Shown: piece after piece, positions 49,306-62,873 of the stretch | Position numbering within the stretch: position 1 is the stretch's first letter | How the letters are laid out: each line of letters opens with the position of its first letter | The notes under the pieces: generated by a model | Told to the model about the DNA's origin: nothing | Database searches by the model: none | The model's input: the letters and a program-made list of their open reading frames with translations, nothing else | Translations under genes and position numbers: made by a program | Assembly (NCBI RefSeq): GCF_963921235.1 | Contig: NC_086107.1 | Span: forward strand, 100,938,001-101,002,000 | Source of the DNA: Mobula hypostoma | Taxonomy: Eukaryota | Length of the DNA: 64,000 nt | Direction of reading: 5' to 3'

Positions 49306-52300
49306 TGGAGAAGGACTCAGCCTGACGATGTCCTGATGGAGGATCTCAGCTCGAAACGTCGACTGTTTACTCTTTTCCATGGATGCTGCCTGGCCTGCTG
49401 AGCTCCTCCAGCATTTTGTGTGTGTTGCTCAGATTTCCAGCACCTGCAGATTTTCTCTTTGATTGTGAACCTACCAAGCTGCACATCTTTGGGATGTGGC
49501 AGGAAACGGAGAGAAACCCACAGAATTCAGAGAGTGGTGAGTGCATGGAATGGGCTGCCGGCAGCGGTGGTGGAGGCAGATATGATAGGGTCTTTTAAGA
49601 GATTTTTAGATAGGTACATGGAGCTTAGTAAAATAGAGGGCTATAGGTAAGCCTGGTAATTTCTAAGGTAGGGACATGTTCGGCACAATTCTGTGGGCCA
49701 AAGGGCCTGTATTGTGCTGTAGGTTTTCTCTGTTTCTATTAGAATCTACCTCACCGTAAGAGATAGGAGCAGATTAGGCCATTCAGCCCATCGAGTCTGC
49801 TCCACCATTTCATCATGGCCGATCCATTTCCTTCTCAGCCCCAATCTTCTGCCTTCTCCCTGTATCCCTTCCTGCCCTGACTAATCAAGTGGCCAAGTGG
49901 TTAAGGCGTCGGTCTAGTGAGCTGAAGGTCACTAGTTCAAGCCTTGTGTTGTGTCCTTGAGCAAGGCACTTAACCACACATTGCTGTGCGATGACACCAG
50001 TGCCAAGCTGTATGGGTCCTAGTGCCCTTACCTTGGGCAATATTGGTGGTGTGGAGACGGGAGACTTGCAGCATGGGCAACTGCCGGTCTTCCATACAAC
50101 CTCGTCCAGGCCTCAGTCATCATCGAAAATCGATGGACAGCTGAAGAATCAGGAATCTATCAGCCTCTGCCTTTCATCTACCAGTGAGAGTAGTGGAGTG
50201 AATGTGACAAAGCTGGGGTGGATTCAAGGAAAAGGATGGATTCTGGGAGAGGAGGATTAAATATGAAATAGTGTCTGAAATACAAATACAAAATTGCTGA
50301 AACAGGCCAGGCAGCATCTGTGGAGAATTCAAAGTTCAAAGTAAATTTATTAAAGTATATATATGTTATCGTATACTATCTTAAGATTCATCTTCTTGTA
50401 GGCATTTACAGGAAAATAAAGATGTGCAATAGTGAAAAGTTTTGAAACTTAGGAAACTTATGTGCAATAGTGAAAAGTTATGAAAAGTTATACATAAACA
50501 AAGACTAACAAACAACTAATGTGCTTCAGAAGACAAATAGTACAAAGAAAAAATACTGAGAACATGTTGTAAAAGAGACTGTGAAAGTGAGTCTGTAGGT
50601 TGTAGAATCAGTTCAGAGTTGTGTCGATTGATGTTATCCACTTTGGTTCAGGAGCCTGACGGTTGTAGGGTAATAACTGTTCCTGAATCTGATTGTGTGG
50701 CTCCTGTATCTCCTGCCCAATGGTGGTAGTGGGGAGAGGGCATGACCTGGATGATTGGGGGTCCTTGATGATAGATGCTGCTTTCTTATAGAGTGCTTGA
50801 TGTGAGAGAGAAGGAGAGCGGATGTTTCAGTTCAAAGATTTCTTTATCAGAGCAACAAGGGAAGGGAAGCAAAGGGAGAGAGGAGCAGGGATTTTCATGA
50901 GGTGGCACCAAGTCAAAAGTAATTGAAAAGCATAAGAACATTGAAAATGTTAAATGAAGTAGGAAATACTGGAAACACTCAACAGGTCAGGCAGCGTTCG
51001 TGGAGAGAGTAACAAAGCTAATATTTCAAGTCATTGACTTTCCCTGATAGGGGAAGCACTGCTTCATTGACGAAGCACTGCTGGGCACGTTATTCACTAC
51101 TGTCCCAGACATTCAGGTCACTGACTCCTGTTCTCCCTCTACAGATCCTGCCTGACCTCCTGCAGCAGTTTTGTTTGTTCTTCTGCATGTGACGGTCTCT
51201 CCCTCCCTCTCGCTCGCTGCTCTCCAGGAAGGTCCTTGCATTCGAATGATCTCTCTGGAGAATGGGGCCGGAGCAAGGTTTAATTGCCACAGTTTGTAGA
51301 CTTGGACTCTAATTCAGGTTTATAAAGTGTTCTAGTTCTGGTCACTCCGTTGCTTCTACTGGGTGGTTTTTGAATCGGGACAGACTGCAGATAATGAACA
51401 CTGAGCTGAACTGAACTAAAATATGCCTTTGATTTTGTGTTTTATACTCAGTGTTTTCACTTGTTTTTTATGTTGCTTTTTGCACGTGGCAGGAGGGGGG
51501 AGTTGATGTTTTTTACGTTAAGTGGTTGATTCGTGGTTCTTTGTTTCGTGGCTGTCTGTGGAGAAGACGAATTTCAGGGCTGCTTTGATAATAAATGCAC
51601 TTTGAATCTTGCAGATTTCCAGCATCTGCAATTTCGTTGTTTTTCAAATATAATTTTAAAAATGGTCATTGCACGCAGGAACTCCATCATTATAATCGTC
51701 CACTTTCTGAATAAGAGAAAACTACTCATTAATAGCGTTATAAACGGTCAGACTTAATGTTTGTTGTGAGTTTACTGTGCAATTAATGTACTGACGCAGC
51801 AACTTCACGACACTCATGTGGAGGTGAATTCACAATACTGCTTAGACGGTTTGTGATCGAGACAGGAAGAATTGGACTGGTTTGTTACTATTATAGGTAA
51901 AAAGCTTTTGCTTTAAACATAAGAAATAGGAGCAGGAGTCGGCCACCTGGCCCATTGAGCCTTCTCCGCCATTCAAATAGATCATGGTTGATCTGACCAT
52001 GGACTTATCTCCAGCTACCTGCCTTTTCCCCGTAACCATTAATTCCCTACCTATGCAAAAATCTATCCAACCTTGTCAAAACTCTATCCAACTTTGCCTT
52101 GAGATAGTCTCCACTGGTTCATTGGGCAGAGAAATTCCACAGATTGTCCACTCTTTGGGAAAAGCGGTTCCTCCTCATCTCCGTCCTAAATTGACTCCCC
52201 CAAATCTTGAGGCCATGTCCCCTAGACAGACAGATTGTTGCATACATAGTTACATTGAGGTAGTGAAGAGAAACCTCCAAGAGGGTTACAACCTTGTCGT

Positions 52301-54408
52301 AGGGTTTGGAGGCTTGCCTGCCTCATGGACCCAGAGAGCTGTGTTGGCTGGAGTCAGGGCCTTGTGCTTTGGCTCTTGGTAGGGTCACCTAGGTGAAAGG
52401 ATAGGGGCCAGAATAAGAGTGGTCCACTGGTCCTCCAGTCCTCCAGGTTTGGGGGTTCAGCTCCAGGCTAACAACCCTGACTGGTCAAAAAACAATTGTA
52501 TGGAAACAGCAATGAAGATCCCTTGTATACAGACAGAGATGGAGGATATTCATTGCTGCCCTAAACACCAGTGGTGTAACGGGCAGTAAGTGAGTGAAAA
52601 GAAAAGCAGAATGCAGAATATAGTGTTACAGTTACAGAGAGAGTGCTGTGCAGGTAGACGGATTAAGTGGAAGGGGCCACAACGAGGTAGACTGGGAAAT
52701 CGATAATTCATATTTTAGCGTATAACAGATGTATTCAAGAGTCAGATTGAAGCAGGACAGCTGCCTTTGAGTCTGAGCTGCACTTTCCATAGTTTCTTGC
52801 AACCTAGGAGGCTGTTCAGCCCTTCAAGTCCATGCCAGCTCTCAGAACATTCCATCATTGGTGTTGTCGAAGTTGTAACTTTTGCTCGCCCACATGCCCA
52901 TTGAGTCTCCCGATTATTATTGTCACTGAGATACCGTGCTGAATAGGCCCTTCCAGACCCGTGAGCCGCGCCGCACAGCAATCCCCCAGTTTAATCTGAG
53001 CCTCATCATGGAACAACTTACAATGACCAGTTAACCTACCAACCGGTACGTCTTTGGACTGTGGGAGGAAACAGGAGCACCCAGAGGAAACCCACGCGGT
53101 CACGGGGGGAACGTACAGAATCCTTACAGGCCAGCGGCGGGAATTGAACCCGGGTCGCTGGTACTGTAAGGCGTTGAGCTAACCGCTGTGTTACCTTGCC
53201 ACCAGTCCTCCTGCCACCCACTTACACCTGCAGATAACCTAAAGTAACCAACTGGTGTTTGAATGGTGGGAGGGAAGCAGAGCACGTGGTGGAGGGGAAG
53301 CCCAGACGGTCACAGTGACAGTGGCGCGACTGAACCAGTTTGTGAGTGCTGTGTGCCTCCAGCGCTGCCCGCTGCACTGTGGTGCTGACTAGAGGAAGAA
53401 CAAGACACAGTCCCTGGGCCATCTCCCTGTACCCTCACGTCACTGACTGATTTACCCATCGATGACAAAGAGCTTCGATCACACCCGCCTTCTCCCCAAC
53501 ACATCTTGACTGTACTCCCGCACCACAAGCATGGCTGTTGATTTGAGAAGAAGGAGTTTAAAGTTCTGGGAGGGTCACAGGAACTTTTGCGAGGTTCTCC
53601 CTAAAAACCAGGGATTGATTGTACCATAATTTCCCGGAGCGTATTAAGAGTGTGGGATGGAAAAGACTAATTTGGAAAACCCCTGAAATGAAGCATTGGC
53701 TTCATTTTGCCCACATGTCCCAAGGTGCAGTGAGAAGCTTGTCGCCCATACAGATCAAAGCATTACAGGGGTGCACTGAGATAGAACAAGGTAAACACCC
53801 TCTCCAAGTTCACTCCATCTGGGCCTTTCAATATCCGGTAGGTTTCAATGAGATCCACCCTCATTCTTCTAAACTCCAGCGAGCACAGACCCAGAGCCAT
53901 CAAATACTCATCATATATTAACCCTTTCATCCCCGGAATCATTCTTGTGAACCTCCCCTGGACCCTCTTAAATCTGTCTGCCTCTGTAGAAAGGTAAAAC
54001 AACAACAATGCAGAATAAAGTGTTTAAAAACAGACTATCGATAAGATGCAGTGTGGATGCAAGGTCATAATGAAGTAGATTTTCAGGCTGAGAGTCCATC
54101 TTATCATACAAGGGGACCGTTCGAGAGTCTGATAAAGGCAGGATAGAAGCTGATGGTCCTTCAGCCTGGTGGTAGGTGCTTTCGGGCTTCTGTATCTTCT
54201 GCCCAACAGTAGGGGGAGAAGAGACAATGTCCCGGTGGGTGGGTCTTTGATTATGCTGGCTGTTTTACTGAGACAGAGATTGGGGGTTGGAGAGTGTGAT
54301 TAGCCAGTGTTCTTTGTTGATACGTTAAGCTTCTCCTGCCCTTTAATGATTGTAGTCTGGGCTGCTCATTGGCTATGGTGTATAAACCGTGTCCCCATAC
54401 TCTGATTA

Positions 54409-54600
54409 CAAACAAGAGAAAATCTGCAGGTGCTGGAAATCCAAACAACATACACAAAATGCTGAAGGAACTCAGCAGGCCAGGCAGCATCTATGGAAAA
54501 AAGTACAATTGATTTCAGGGTCTCGGCTCGAAACATGGACTGTACTTTTTTCCAAAGATGCTGCCTGGCCTGCTGAGTTCCTCCAGCATCTTGCGTGTGT
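54409..54600. mobile_element. Penelope-terminus palindromic element
   Basis: Same family; degenerate TSD tccccatactctgattac / tccccatacgctgactgc. Confidence 0.75.
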
Positions 54601-55339
54601 TCCCCATACGCTGACTGCCTTGTCCTCTGTGGTCTGTTCTTCATGGCAGAAAGACGGATGGCAGCAAGGAGCAGAGGCATCTCTTTGCAAACTGAATCTT
54701 TGTTGTCATGCTCCAAGAAGCGGCTGAAAGTGTGAAAGAAGGCACAGTAGGCCATGGACCAAGTGCTGGTATGCAGGTTGTCCCGGGGTTACAAACGTCC
54801 AACATAGGAACAAGTGTGGCGCGTGGCCAAGTGGTTAAGGCGCTAGACTAGCGATCTGAAGGTTGTGGGTTCGAGCCCCAGCCGAGGCAGTGTGTTGTGT
54901 CCTTGAGCAAGGCACTTAACCAAATACTGCTCCAGTCCACCCAGTTGAAAATGGGGACCGGCAAAAATGCTGGGGGTTAACCTCGCGATAGACTGGCGTC
55001 CTATCCGGGGGCGGGGGAGTCTCGTACTCTCAGTAGCTTTACGCCACAGAAACCGGCATAAGCACCAGCCTGATGAGCCTATAAGGCTCGGGACAGACTT
55101 TAACATAGGAACAGCTCCCATGATCTTGTTAAACTCAAAAGTCCAATGTACAGATTTTGTGAACAGCAGAACTAATTTCTTCTTCTGCAAAACAGAAAAT
55201 GCTGGAGGAACTCTGAAGGTCAGGCAGCATCTAGAACGTAGAACGTTACAGCATAGTACAAACCCTACAGCTCACAATGCTGTGCTGACCTTTCAAGATA
55301 CTGTAAGATTGATCTTTCAACCAACTCTAAAAAGAACAA

Positions 55340-56730
55340 CTGCATTGGTGCTGCTTCATGCACCCGTGCTGAGCTCGTTAATTTAATCAATTTTGCCTCC
55401 AGCTTTCACCCTGCCCTTAAGTTCACTTGGCCATTTCTGACATATCTCCCCCTTTTTTGATCTCTCTGTCTCTGGGGACAAACTGTCTACCAATTGCTTT
55501 TATAAACCTACCAACTCTCACGGCTATCTCGACTATACTTTTTTCCATCCTGTCACCTGTAATAATAATGTCATTTCCCTTTTCTCGGTTCCTTTGTTTC
55601 CACCAAATCTATTCTCAGGATGAGGCTTTCCTTTCCAGAACACCAGAGATCTCTTCCTTCTTCAAAGAATGGGGTTTCCCTTCCTCCACCATTGATGCTG
55701 CCTGTACCCGCATCTGCCCTCACCCCATCTAGCCACCGTCCTAACAGGGGTAGAGTTCCTTTTGTCCTTACCTATCAACCCACGTGCTTCCGCATCCAAA
55801 CACATCATCCTCTACAACTTCCACCATTTTCAATGGGTTCCTACCACCAATACATCTTACTCCTCCCCACCCCCAACTCTCTGCTTTCTGCAGGGAGTGT
55901 GCCCTCTGTGATTCCCTTGTCCATTCGACTTTCCCTACTCATCTCCCTCCTGGCACTTAGCCCTGCAAATGGAAAAAGTGCTACACCAGCCCATTCACCT
56001 CCTCCCTCGCCACCATTCAGGGCTCCAAACAGTCCTTCCAGGTGAGGCAGCACTTCACCTACAGACCTGTTGGGGTCGTCTACTGTATACAGTGCTCCTG
56101 ACAAAGCCTGCTCTGCATTGGTGAGATCCGGAGAGATTGGGGGACCACTTCGCTCTATCCACGACAAGCAGGGTTTCCCGGTGGCCAAACGTTTTAATTC
56201 CAGTCCCCACTCCCATTCTGCCGTGTCAGTTCATGGCCTTCTCTACGGCCACAATGAGGCCATCCTCAGGTTGGAGGAGCAACACCTCATATTCCACCTG
56301 GGTGGCCTCCAACCTGGTGGCATGGACATCAACTTCTCTAACTTCCGGTAACTCTTTCCCTCCCCCTTCCCTCCTCTTCTATTCCCCGCTGTGGCTCCCT
56401 GCTTCCCTCTTCTTACCTGCCTAACACCTCTCTCTGATGTCCTCCCTCTCCTTTCTCCTGTGGTCTACTACCCTCTCCTACCAGATTCTCCAGCCCTTTG
56501 CCTTTTCCACCAATCACCTCCCAGCTCCTCACTTCATCCACCCAGCTGGCATCAGATACCATCTTTAGCTTGTGCTCCTTCCCCTCTTCCCACCACCTTA
56601 TTCTGGATTCTGCCCCCTTCCTTTCCTGTGCTGATGAGGGCTGTTAGCCCAAAACGTCAACAGTTTATTCCTTTCCGTGGATGTTACCTGACCTGAGTTC
56701 CTCCTGCACTTTTGTATGTGTTACTCAGAA
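55340..56730 (+). mobile_element. Penelope-like retroelement 3' remnant (RT C-terminus, GIY-YIG endonuclease, terminal region)
   Basis: Frameshifted peptides FASSFHPALKFT, FYKPTNSHGYLDY, FQVRQHFT..VGVVYCIQCS and RLEEQHLIFHLGGLQPGGMDINFSNFR*. Followed by a pyrimidine-rich tract and a degenerate hammerhead motif at 56631-56658. Confidence 0.85.
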
Positions 56731-59700
56731 TCAAACTAACCTTTCCTTCCCACATAACCCTCAATTTTTAAATCATCTATATGCCCATCTAAGTCCCCAA
56801 TGTATCTGCCTCTATCATCTCTGCTGGCAGTGTGTGTTCCACCTACCCAGCACTCTGTGTAAAAAAAAAACTTGCCTCTGACATTCCTGTGTAAAACAAC
56901 TTGGCTCTGATATCCTGACATCCCCTTACCTTTGAAATATCATTTTCCTCCATAGGTGCTGCCTGACCTGCCGAGCTTCTCCAGATTTCGTGTGTGTTGC
57001 TCAAGATTTCCAGCATCTGCAGAATCCCTCGTGTCTTAGCTTCCCCTCTCTACTTTTAGTGATTATTCTTTCTCCTCACTCTTACCTGTAGCCTTTCATT
57101 ACAATGCCCATACGATTTGCCGTATCAAGTGACTCTTCTGTATTACCTGACAAAATTAACTTGAGACAGCTGTTAAAAAAAAGGGGAACCCATTCGTTAC
57201 CTGAGGACAGACTGTAAATAGTCGGCGTAGAGCTGATGGGCCGAGTGGCCTGTTTCTGTGCTGGATGGCTCTGTGACTCTAATCCAGAACTGGACCCTGG
57301 ACCCTTCCCTAAGGAAAACAGAAAACACACAGTGGCTACTCAGCTGTATCTGTGAAGATAGGTGAAGTATTAATGGTTCAGATCGATGAATTTTCATCAA
57401 GACCAGGAAAATTTAGAAGTTGCAGAGAAGAGGGCACAAAGAAATGTCTGTGATAGGGTGGGGACCAAGAGAGACTGAATGATTGAGGGTGAGCATCATT
57501 GCTGTGGTTGGGAGGAGACGTGTGAATAAGGACAGAGAAAGAGAAGGAACAAAAACCTGGGCTGAAACTGTGAGCTACAGACCACATCTGATACAAACCC
57601 TGTATCCAATGTTCCAGCATCCAAACTGACTTACTTAATGCGCGTTATACTACTGGCATTTTGGGCACCAAAAAAGCCTTCCATCTCTGATCGTCCTTGG
57701 CCAAAACCAATTTTGGTCTTGGCGGTGTTCAGGGCTTCCTTCGTCATGCCAGTAACCTCCTCTCGGTTTTCAGTCCTGTCAGTCATGCAAATCCTGAATG
57801 GAGTCTCAGAAATACCATCACACTCAGATGTAGAATGACTCTTCATTACTGTTTCCATAACAGTTTTTAACCTGATCTGGATTGTTAGCCGTAAGCTGAA
57901 CCCCCAAAACCTGGAGGACTGGTGGACCACATTTAGTCTTGCCTCTACCCCTTGACCTTTGGCATGGGTGACCCTACCAAAGCACAAGGCCCTGACTCCA
58001 GCCATCATAGCTCCCTGGGTCGCTGAGACATGCAAGCCTCCAAACCCTATGACAAGGTTGTGGTCATCTTAGTCCAGCACCTGTAGTTCCCTGCTTATTA
58101 AATTCTTGTACCTTCTCAACCAGGGGAGGAAGGAGAAGATGACGAGACCCCAACACTTAGTCTAGCACCAACGGTTGCCATCGTAAAGATGTGTGTTTGA
58201 GGCCAGAATGGAAAGGATCCACGCTGGCAGCCATTTTGGTGGGTGGCGGTGGAGGCTGGGGTTGGGGTGGGGGTGGGGGAAGGTGATCACCTCTGCTGCA
58301 CTGGACTGTGCTAGTCTACAGAGGTGGGCAGATGGGTTTCAGCACATCCTTGAATCTTTCTCTCTTTCTGTTTGGCAGTCTCCTCCCACTAGTGTTCAGT
58401 ACAGAGTGTCTGCTGTAGAACATGATTAACCAATTAGAGCATTCTTGTGATCCCAGGACAAATCCTTTCCTTCCAGTTTAAGTATTTTCCTTTGATCATG
58501 TTTAATCAATTAGATCAAAAATTTATCTCTTTAAGCCTTAATTTGACCTTGTTGAAAACACATTGGAAATCCATGTAAACTACTCCATGGATACTCTTCT
58601 GAACACAACTCCCGATACTGCCACAAGTTTAATTAATTGCTTTTGACTTGGCCTTCACTTATCCATTAACATTGGTCTTTCTCTATCAGTTTAATTTCCC
58701 CAAGTGGGAATACAGTTAGTCTATAGCAACATCCTCCCAGTAGAAGCTAAACTAATGGGCCTAGACTTCCCCTGAGATCGGCAGTGGATGTGCCAACTGA
58801 TAATTTCGTAACTGAGCCACTCCCGTACAGCCGGCTGTGTGGCCTTCGGCACAGTGGAACTCCGTCTCTCCGGCTTCGGTGCGGCCAGGTTGGGCTCCGG
58901 GTGAAGGTAGCCTTCGGCACTGTGGAACACTGACCCTCCGGCTTCAGCGCTGCCACGCAGGGGTCCGGGTGAAGTCCCCGGGGGCAGTGTGAGTGTTCAG
59001 CAGTCTCCAGATTCCAGGCTGGAAAGCCACCGTCTGAACCCGTGCCAGGGCCTGTTGAAGTGGTGAGTAACTGAGAGAAGGGCTAGTGCAGCTTTCTACT
59101 TAGTCACTGAATCATAGCGCACAGAAACAGGCCCTTCAGCCCACCATTTCCAAGGCAACCACCACGTACCCATCTATACAAATCTCAGTTGGCACGTGGC
59201 CTCTTTGCCTTAACGATTTCAGACCTTGTCTGGACACAGGCCCACCCCGGGTCACAGCATGGTCCCATTCCCGTGAGCTGTTTGTATGCGTGGGGATGTA
59301 AGCTGGCAGGGCTCTGTACTTTTTCCAGTGTGTGGGAGCCTCAGCCTCCAACCACCGTTCCGCAGGGAAAAAATCCCTTCGAAGCTTCTTACTCACACCC
59401 TTGCAGTGAGGAAAAGTTTCCTACTGTCCTAATGAAGGGCAAGACGCCGACGATGACTATGACTCTTGGTTGTGAAAAACTTTGCATGCCATTCATACAG
59501 ATCATTTCAAACGTAAGTACATTGAGTTAGTACAAGGGAAAACAATAACAGGACATGACAGTTACAGAGAAAGTGCAGTGCAAATAGTTAAAGGCTCAGA
59601 ATTTAGATTTCAAAGAGTACAATTATTGAAGGAAATAGACCTGCAGGGAGCTGCATGCAAAGAGTCACAGCGCTCTGACATCGTCTTTGGGTGTTTCAGA

Positions 59701-60619
59701 GGGCCTAGGATAATTGACGGGAATGTACGGGGAACAAAATGATGTTTGATGGGCTGGGCAGGTTATACTTATTGATTAATTGAGATACAGCGTGGAATAG
59801 GTCTGTTGTTGCGTGAATGAAGTCACTGGAGAAAAGTACTGGTAGATATGAAGCAGCGGGCGGCATGCGGAGAGGCTTTTCGAAAGGTCTGGCTGGCCGA
59901 ACGTGGGGCTTGGTATTTTATGTGCTGAACATCAAAGGTCAATTCCATATTTACAATGCTTTCTTTGAAACTACACACAAACTTCACGCCACACGATTTG
60001 CACCCACACCACTGACATCAAGATGAATTTTAATCAGTTTTGTCCGGTCTGTGATACACAATTTTAGGAACCTATTGTTCATTTAAATTGAATCTACAAT
60101 TTACATTCAGATTTGGAGATTGGTGGCTGAGGAGTCAATTGCTAAATGCGAATGTGCTGAACCCAAAAATCGCTCTAACAAGGCCCTGCTGGTCCTTCGA
60201 GGCACGCCACCCAGCACTCGCCCGATTTAACCCTAGCTTAAACATGGGACAATTTGCAATGACCAATTAACCTACCAGCTGGTACAGTATGGACTGTATG
60301 TGGTCACGGCGAGTGACGTACAAACTCCTTACAGGCAGCAGCGGGAATTGAACCTGGGTCGCCTGCACTGTAAACCGTTGTGCTAGCCACTATGCTACCG
60401 AGCCACCCTATGGGTGAAGGGTTTGTTTCAATGCTCCCGGAGTCTGTAAAGGAAAGGAGCATGAGGGGGAGGGCTAGCAGAGGAGGTAAGGATGAGCTGA
60501 ATGGCCTCGCTTTCTGTTTGCGTTATCTAATGTAAATGGTAAGGAAACCCAATGGAGGATTTGTTTCCCCGTTAAACCCAGTGTCTCTGAGTGAGGTCAC
60601 TTCAACTGTCTTGCAACAG

Positions 60620-60755
60620 GCCGGTTACTGAGGCATATCGTGACTTCATCCCTACCAACGTGGGTAGAGCACAAAGAGAATCTACGATATCCCATCGCCT
60701 CGAGGAAGAATCGAGCATGAGTAAGGTCTATCCCAGGAGATTTCAACAGAAAGAG
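60620..60755 (+). CDS. TRIOBP: Coding exon of the same gene (phase 2 to 0)
   Basis: Acceptor ctgtcttgcaacag and donor GAG|gttagt; 136 nt. Completes the split AG|G Arg codon from exon 41635-42052. RPVTEAYRDF...PRRFQQKE parallels MPRIP RSQVIEKFEAL...KRAFPRKR in size and phase. Confidence 0.65.
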
Positions 60756-62030
60756 GTTAGTGGCTGTTCCTGTTTTTTTTAATGTTTCAACGTTTATCTC
60801 CTTGATATTTTCTGAACAGCTGAGATGACAGACAATTCCTGACGTTGGTTAAGTTAAAAATCAATCTCCAAAAGTTATGGGTTTTGACTGCAAAGAGGGT
60901 GCATGAAAACCAGCAGAGGGAAGAAAAGAACTCCCAAAGGTATTCTATAAATACTTAAATGGAAAAGGGATTAAAAAAGGAAAGAGTAGTTTCTTCTGGA
61001 GGCAAACTATCAACCTGGGTATTGATATTGATTTATTATTGTCACGTTTACTGAAATGCAGTGAAATTCGTTTGCAACACACAAAATATGACTGTAAGAT
61101 ATAGAAACAGAATTAGGCCGTTTGGCCCATTGAGTCTGCTCCGCCATTTCATCATGGCTGATCCATTTTCCTCTCAGGCCCAATCGCGTGCCTTCTCCCC
61201 ATACCCTTCCATGCTCTGACTAGTCAAGAACCCCATCAACCTTTGCTTCAAATATACCCAATGACTTGGGCCTCCACATCTGCCTGAGGCAATGAATTCC
61301 ACAGATTCACCATTCTCTGGCTAATGAAATTCCTTCTCATCTCCGTTCTAAAAGGATGCCCCACTATTCTGAGGCTGTGTATGCTGGTGGAACTCAGCAG
61401 GTCAGGCAACATCTATGGAAGGGAATAAACAGTCGACGTTTTGGGCCGAGATCCTTAAACAGGACTTCCTACTGTAAATGTTGCCTGATCTGCTGAGTTC
61501 CTCCAGCACTTTGTGTGTTGCTCTGGATTTCATGCATCTGCAGAATCTCTTGTGTTTGCAGGAGTCTTTTGTCTGGGTGCCATCCAGACATCACTCCATC
61601 CATACGTACATTTTTAAAACATCAGAATTCAGTGTTATAGTTATAGAGAAAGAGCAGTGCAGGTAGACAGATAAAGTGCTGGGGTCTCAATGAGGTAGAT
61701 TGGGAGATCAAGACTTCCATCTTTTAGTCTGTACAGTGGGATAGAAGCTGTCCTCGAGCCTGATGGTACGTGCTCTCGGGCTTTTATATCTTCTGGCCAG
61801 TGGCAGAGGGAAGAAGAGAGAATGGCCAGGGTGGGAGAATTTCTTGACTACGTTGCAGTGGAAGATGTGGACAGAGTGAATGAAAGGGAGGCCGGTTTGT
61901 GTAACGGACTGGGCTGCGTTCACAGTTCTCTGCAATTTCTTGCGGTTACGGGCAGAGCAGTTGTCCCAAGTGGAAGATAGGTCTGGCTCTCCACAAATAC
62001 TTCCCATTTGTTTGCACAAATTAAGAAAAT

Positions 62031-62247
62031 GATGAAGGCATTGCCATTGAGGAATAAACACTGGAATTGACTGACATGGAGAGAGAGAACAATGAAACAG
62101 TGAATTAGTCAGGCAACTTTAAAGTGAATAAATTACCAGTGCTGGGACGGGGAGGAAAAGATGCCCGACTAATGCACTATTTCATTATCCTCTCTCTATA
62201 CCAGTCAATTCCAGTGCTTATTCCTTAATGACAATGCCTTTGTCATC
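62031..62247. repeat. Imperfect inverted repeat (~85-bp arms, ~45-bp spacer)
   Basis: gatgaaggcattgccattgaggaataaacactggaattgactg... pairs with ...cagtcaattccagtgcttattccttaatgacaatgcctttgtcatc. Confidence 0.85.
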
Positions 62248-62873
62248 TGGCACCAATACTGCCCAACACTCCTTGGTGCCAGACGTGGTGCTGGAGGGTA
62301 TCTTTGTTAAAATGTTAAATAAAACTTTATGAAATTGCTCCCAATTCCCACCAGCAACCCGGCCACACAAAGGGTCGTATCAGTTGGCCAGAGGAAGTGG
62401 TTCAGGTCTGAGGAGTTCCTTGGACGCGTGGGGTTCATTTTAATCTAGGAGAGCAGTCTCTTGTGGGTGGAGGATGGTGGCCATGGCGACGAGGCCCAAG
62501 AATTCCCTGTGGGAGGATAATACATTTTTTGGATATGAGAGGGCACCTTCTGGCCAGCTGGCTCCTGGGTCAGAGAGTCTGGGATTCCCTGTGACCAGAT
62601 GCTATTTTATTGTTCATTAATAGTTTTTGTCCACTTTATTTGGAGATTTATTTGGGGTCTAATTGTCAGACATAAATAGTTTAATGGATTCTTGGTAAGA
62701 AGCAAGGATTAAATTCTTCAGATCCAAATAGTTAAAATCAGGGCTGGCATCTGTGGGAGTTCCAACCACAATGTGGGCAGATGATTGAGAGTATTTCCAG
62801 GGAAATTAATATTGGGATAGTTTGAGGAAAAATAATGGAAGAAAAACGCTTAATGGATAATACTCCCTCTTAG

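Noticed and set aside
54818..54890. tRNA gene (A/B boxes, ggttcgagccc)
   Set aside because: It is the head of a SINE followed by the CORE-like segment; several degenerate copies are dispersed in the window.
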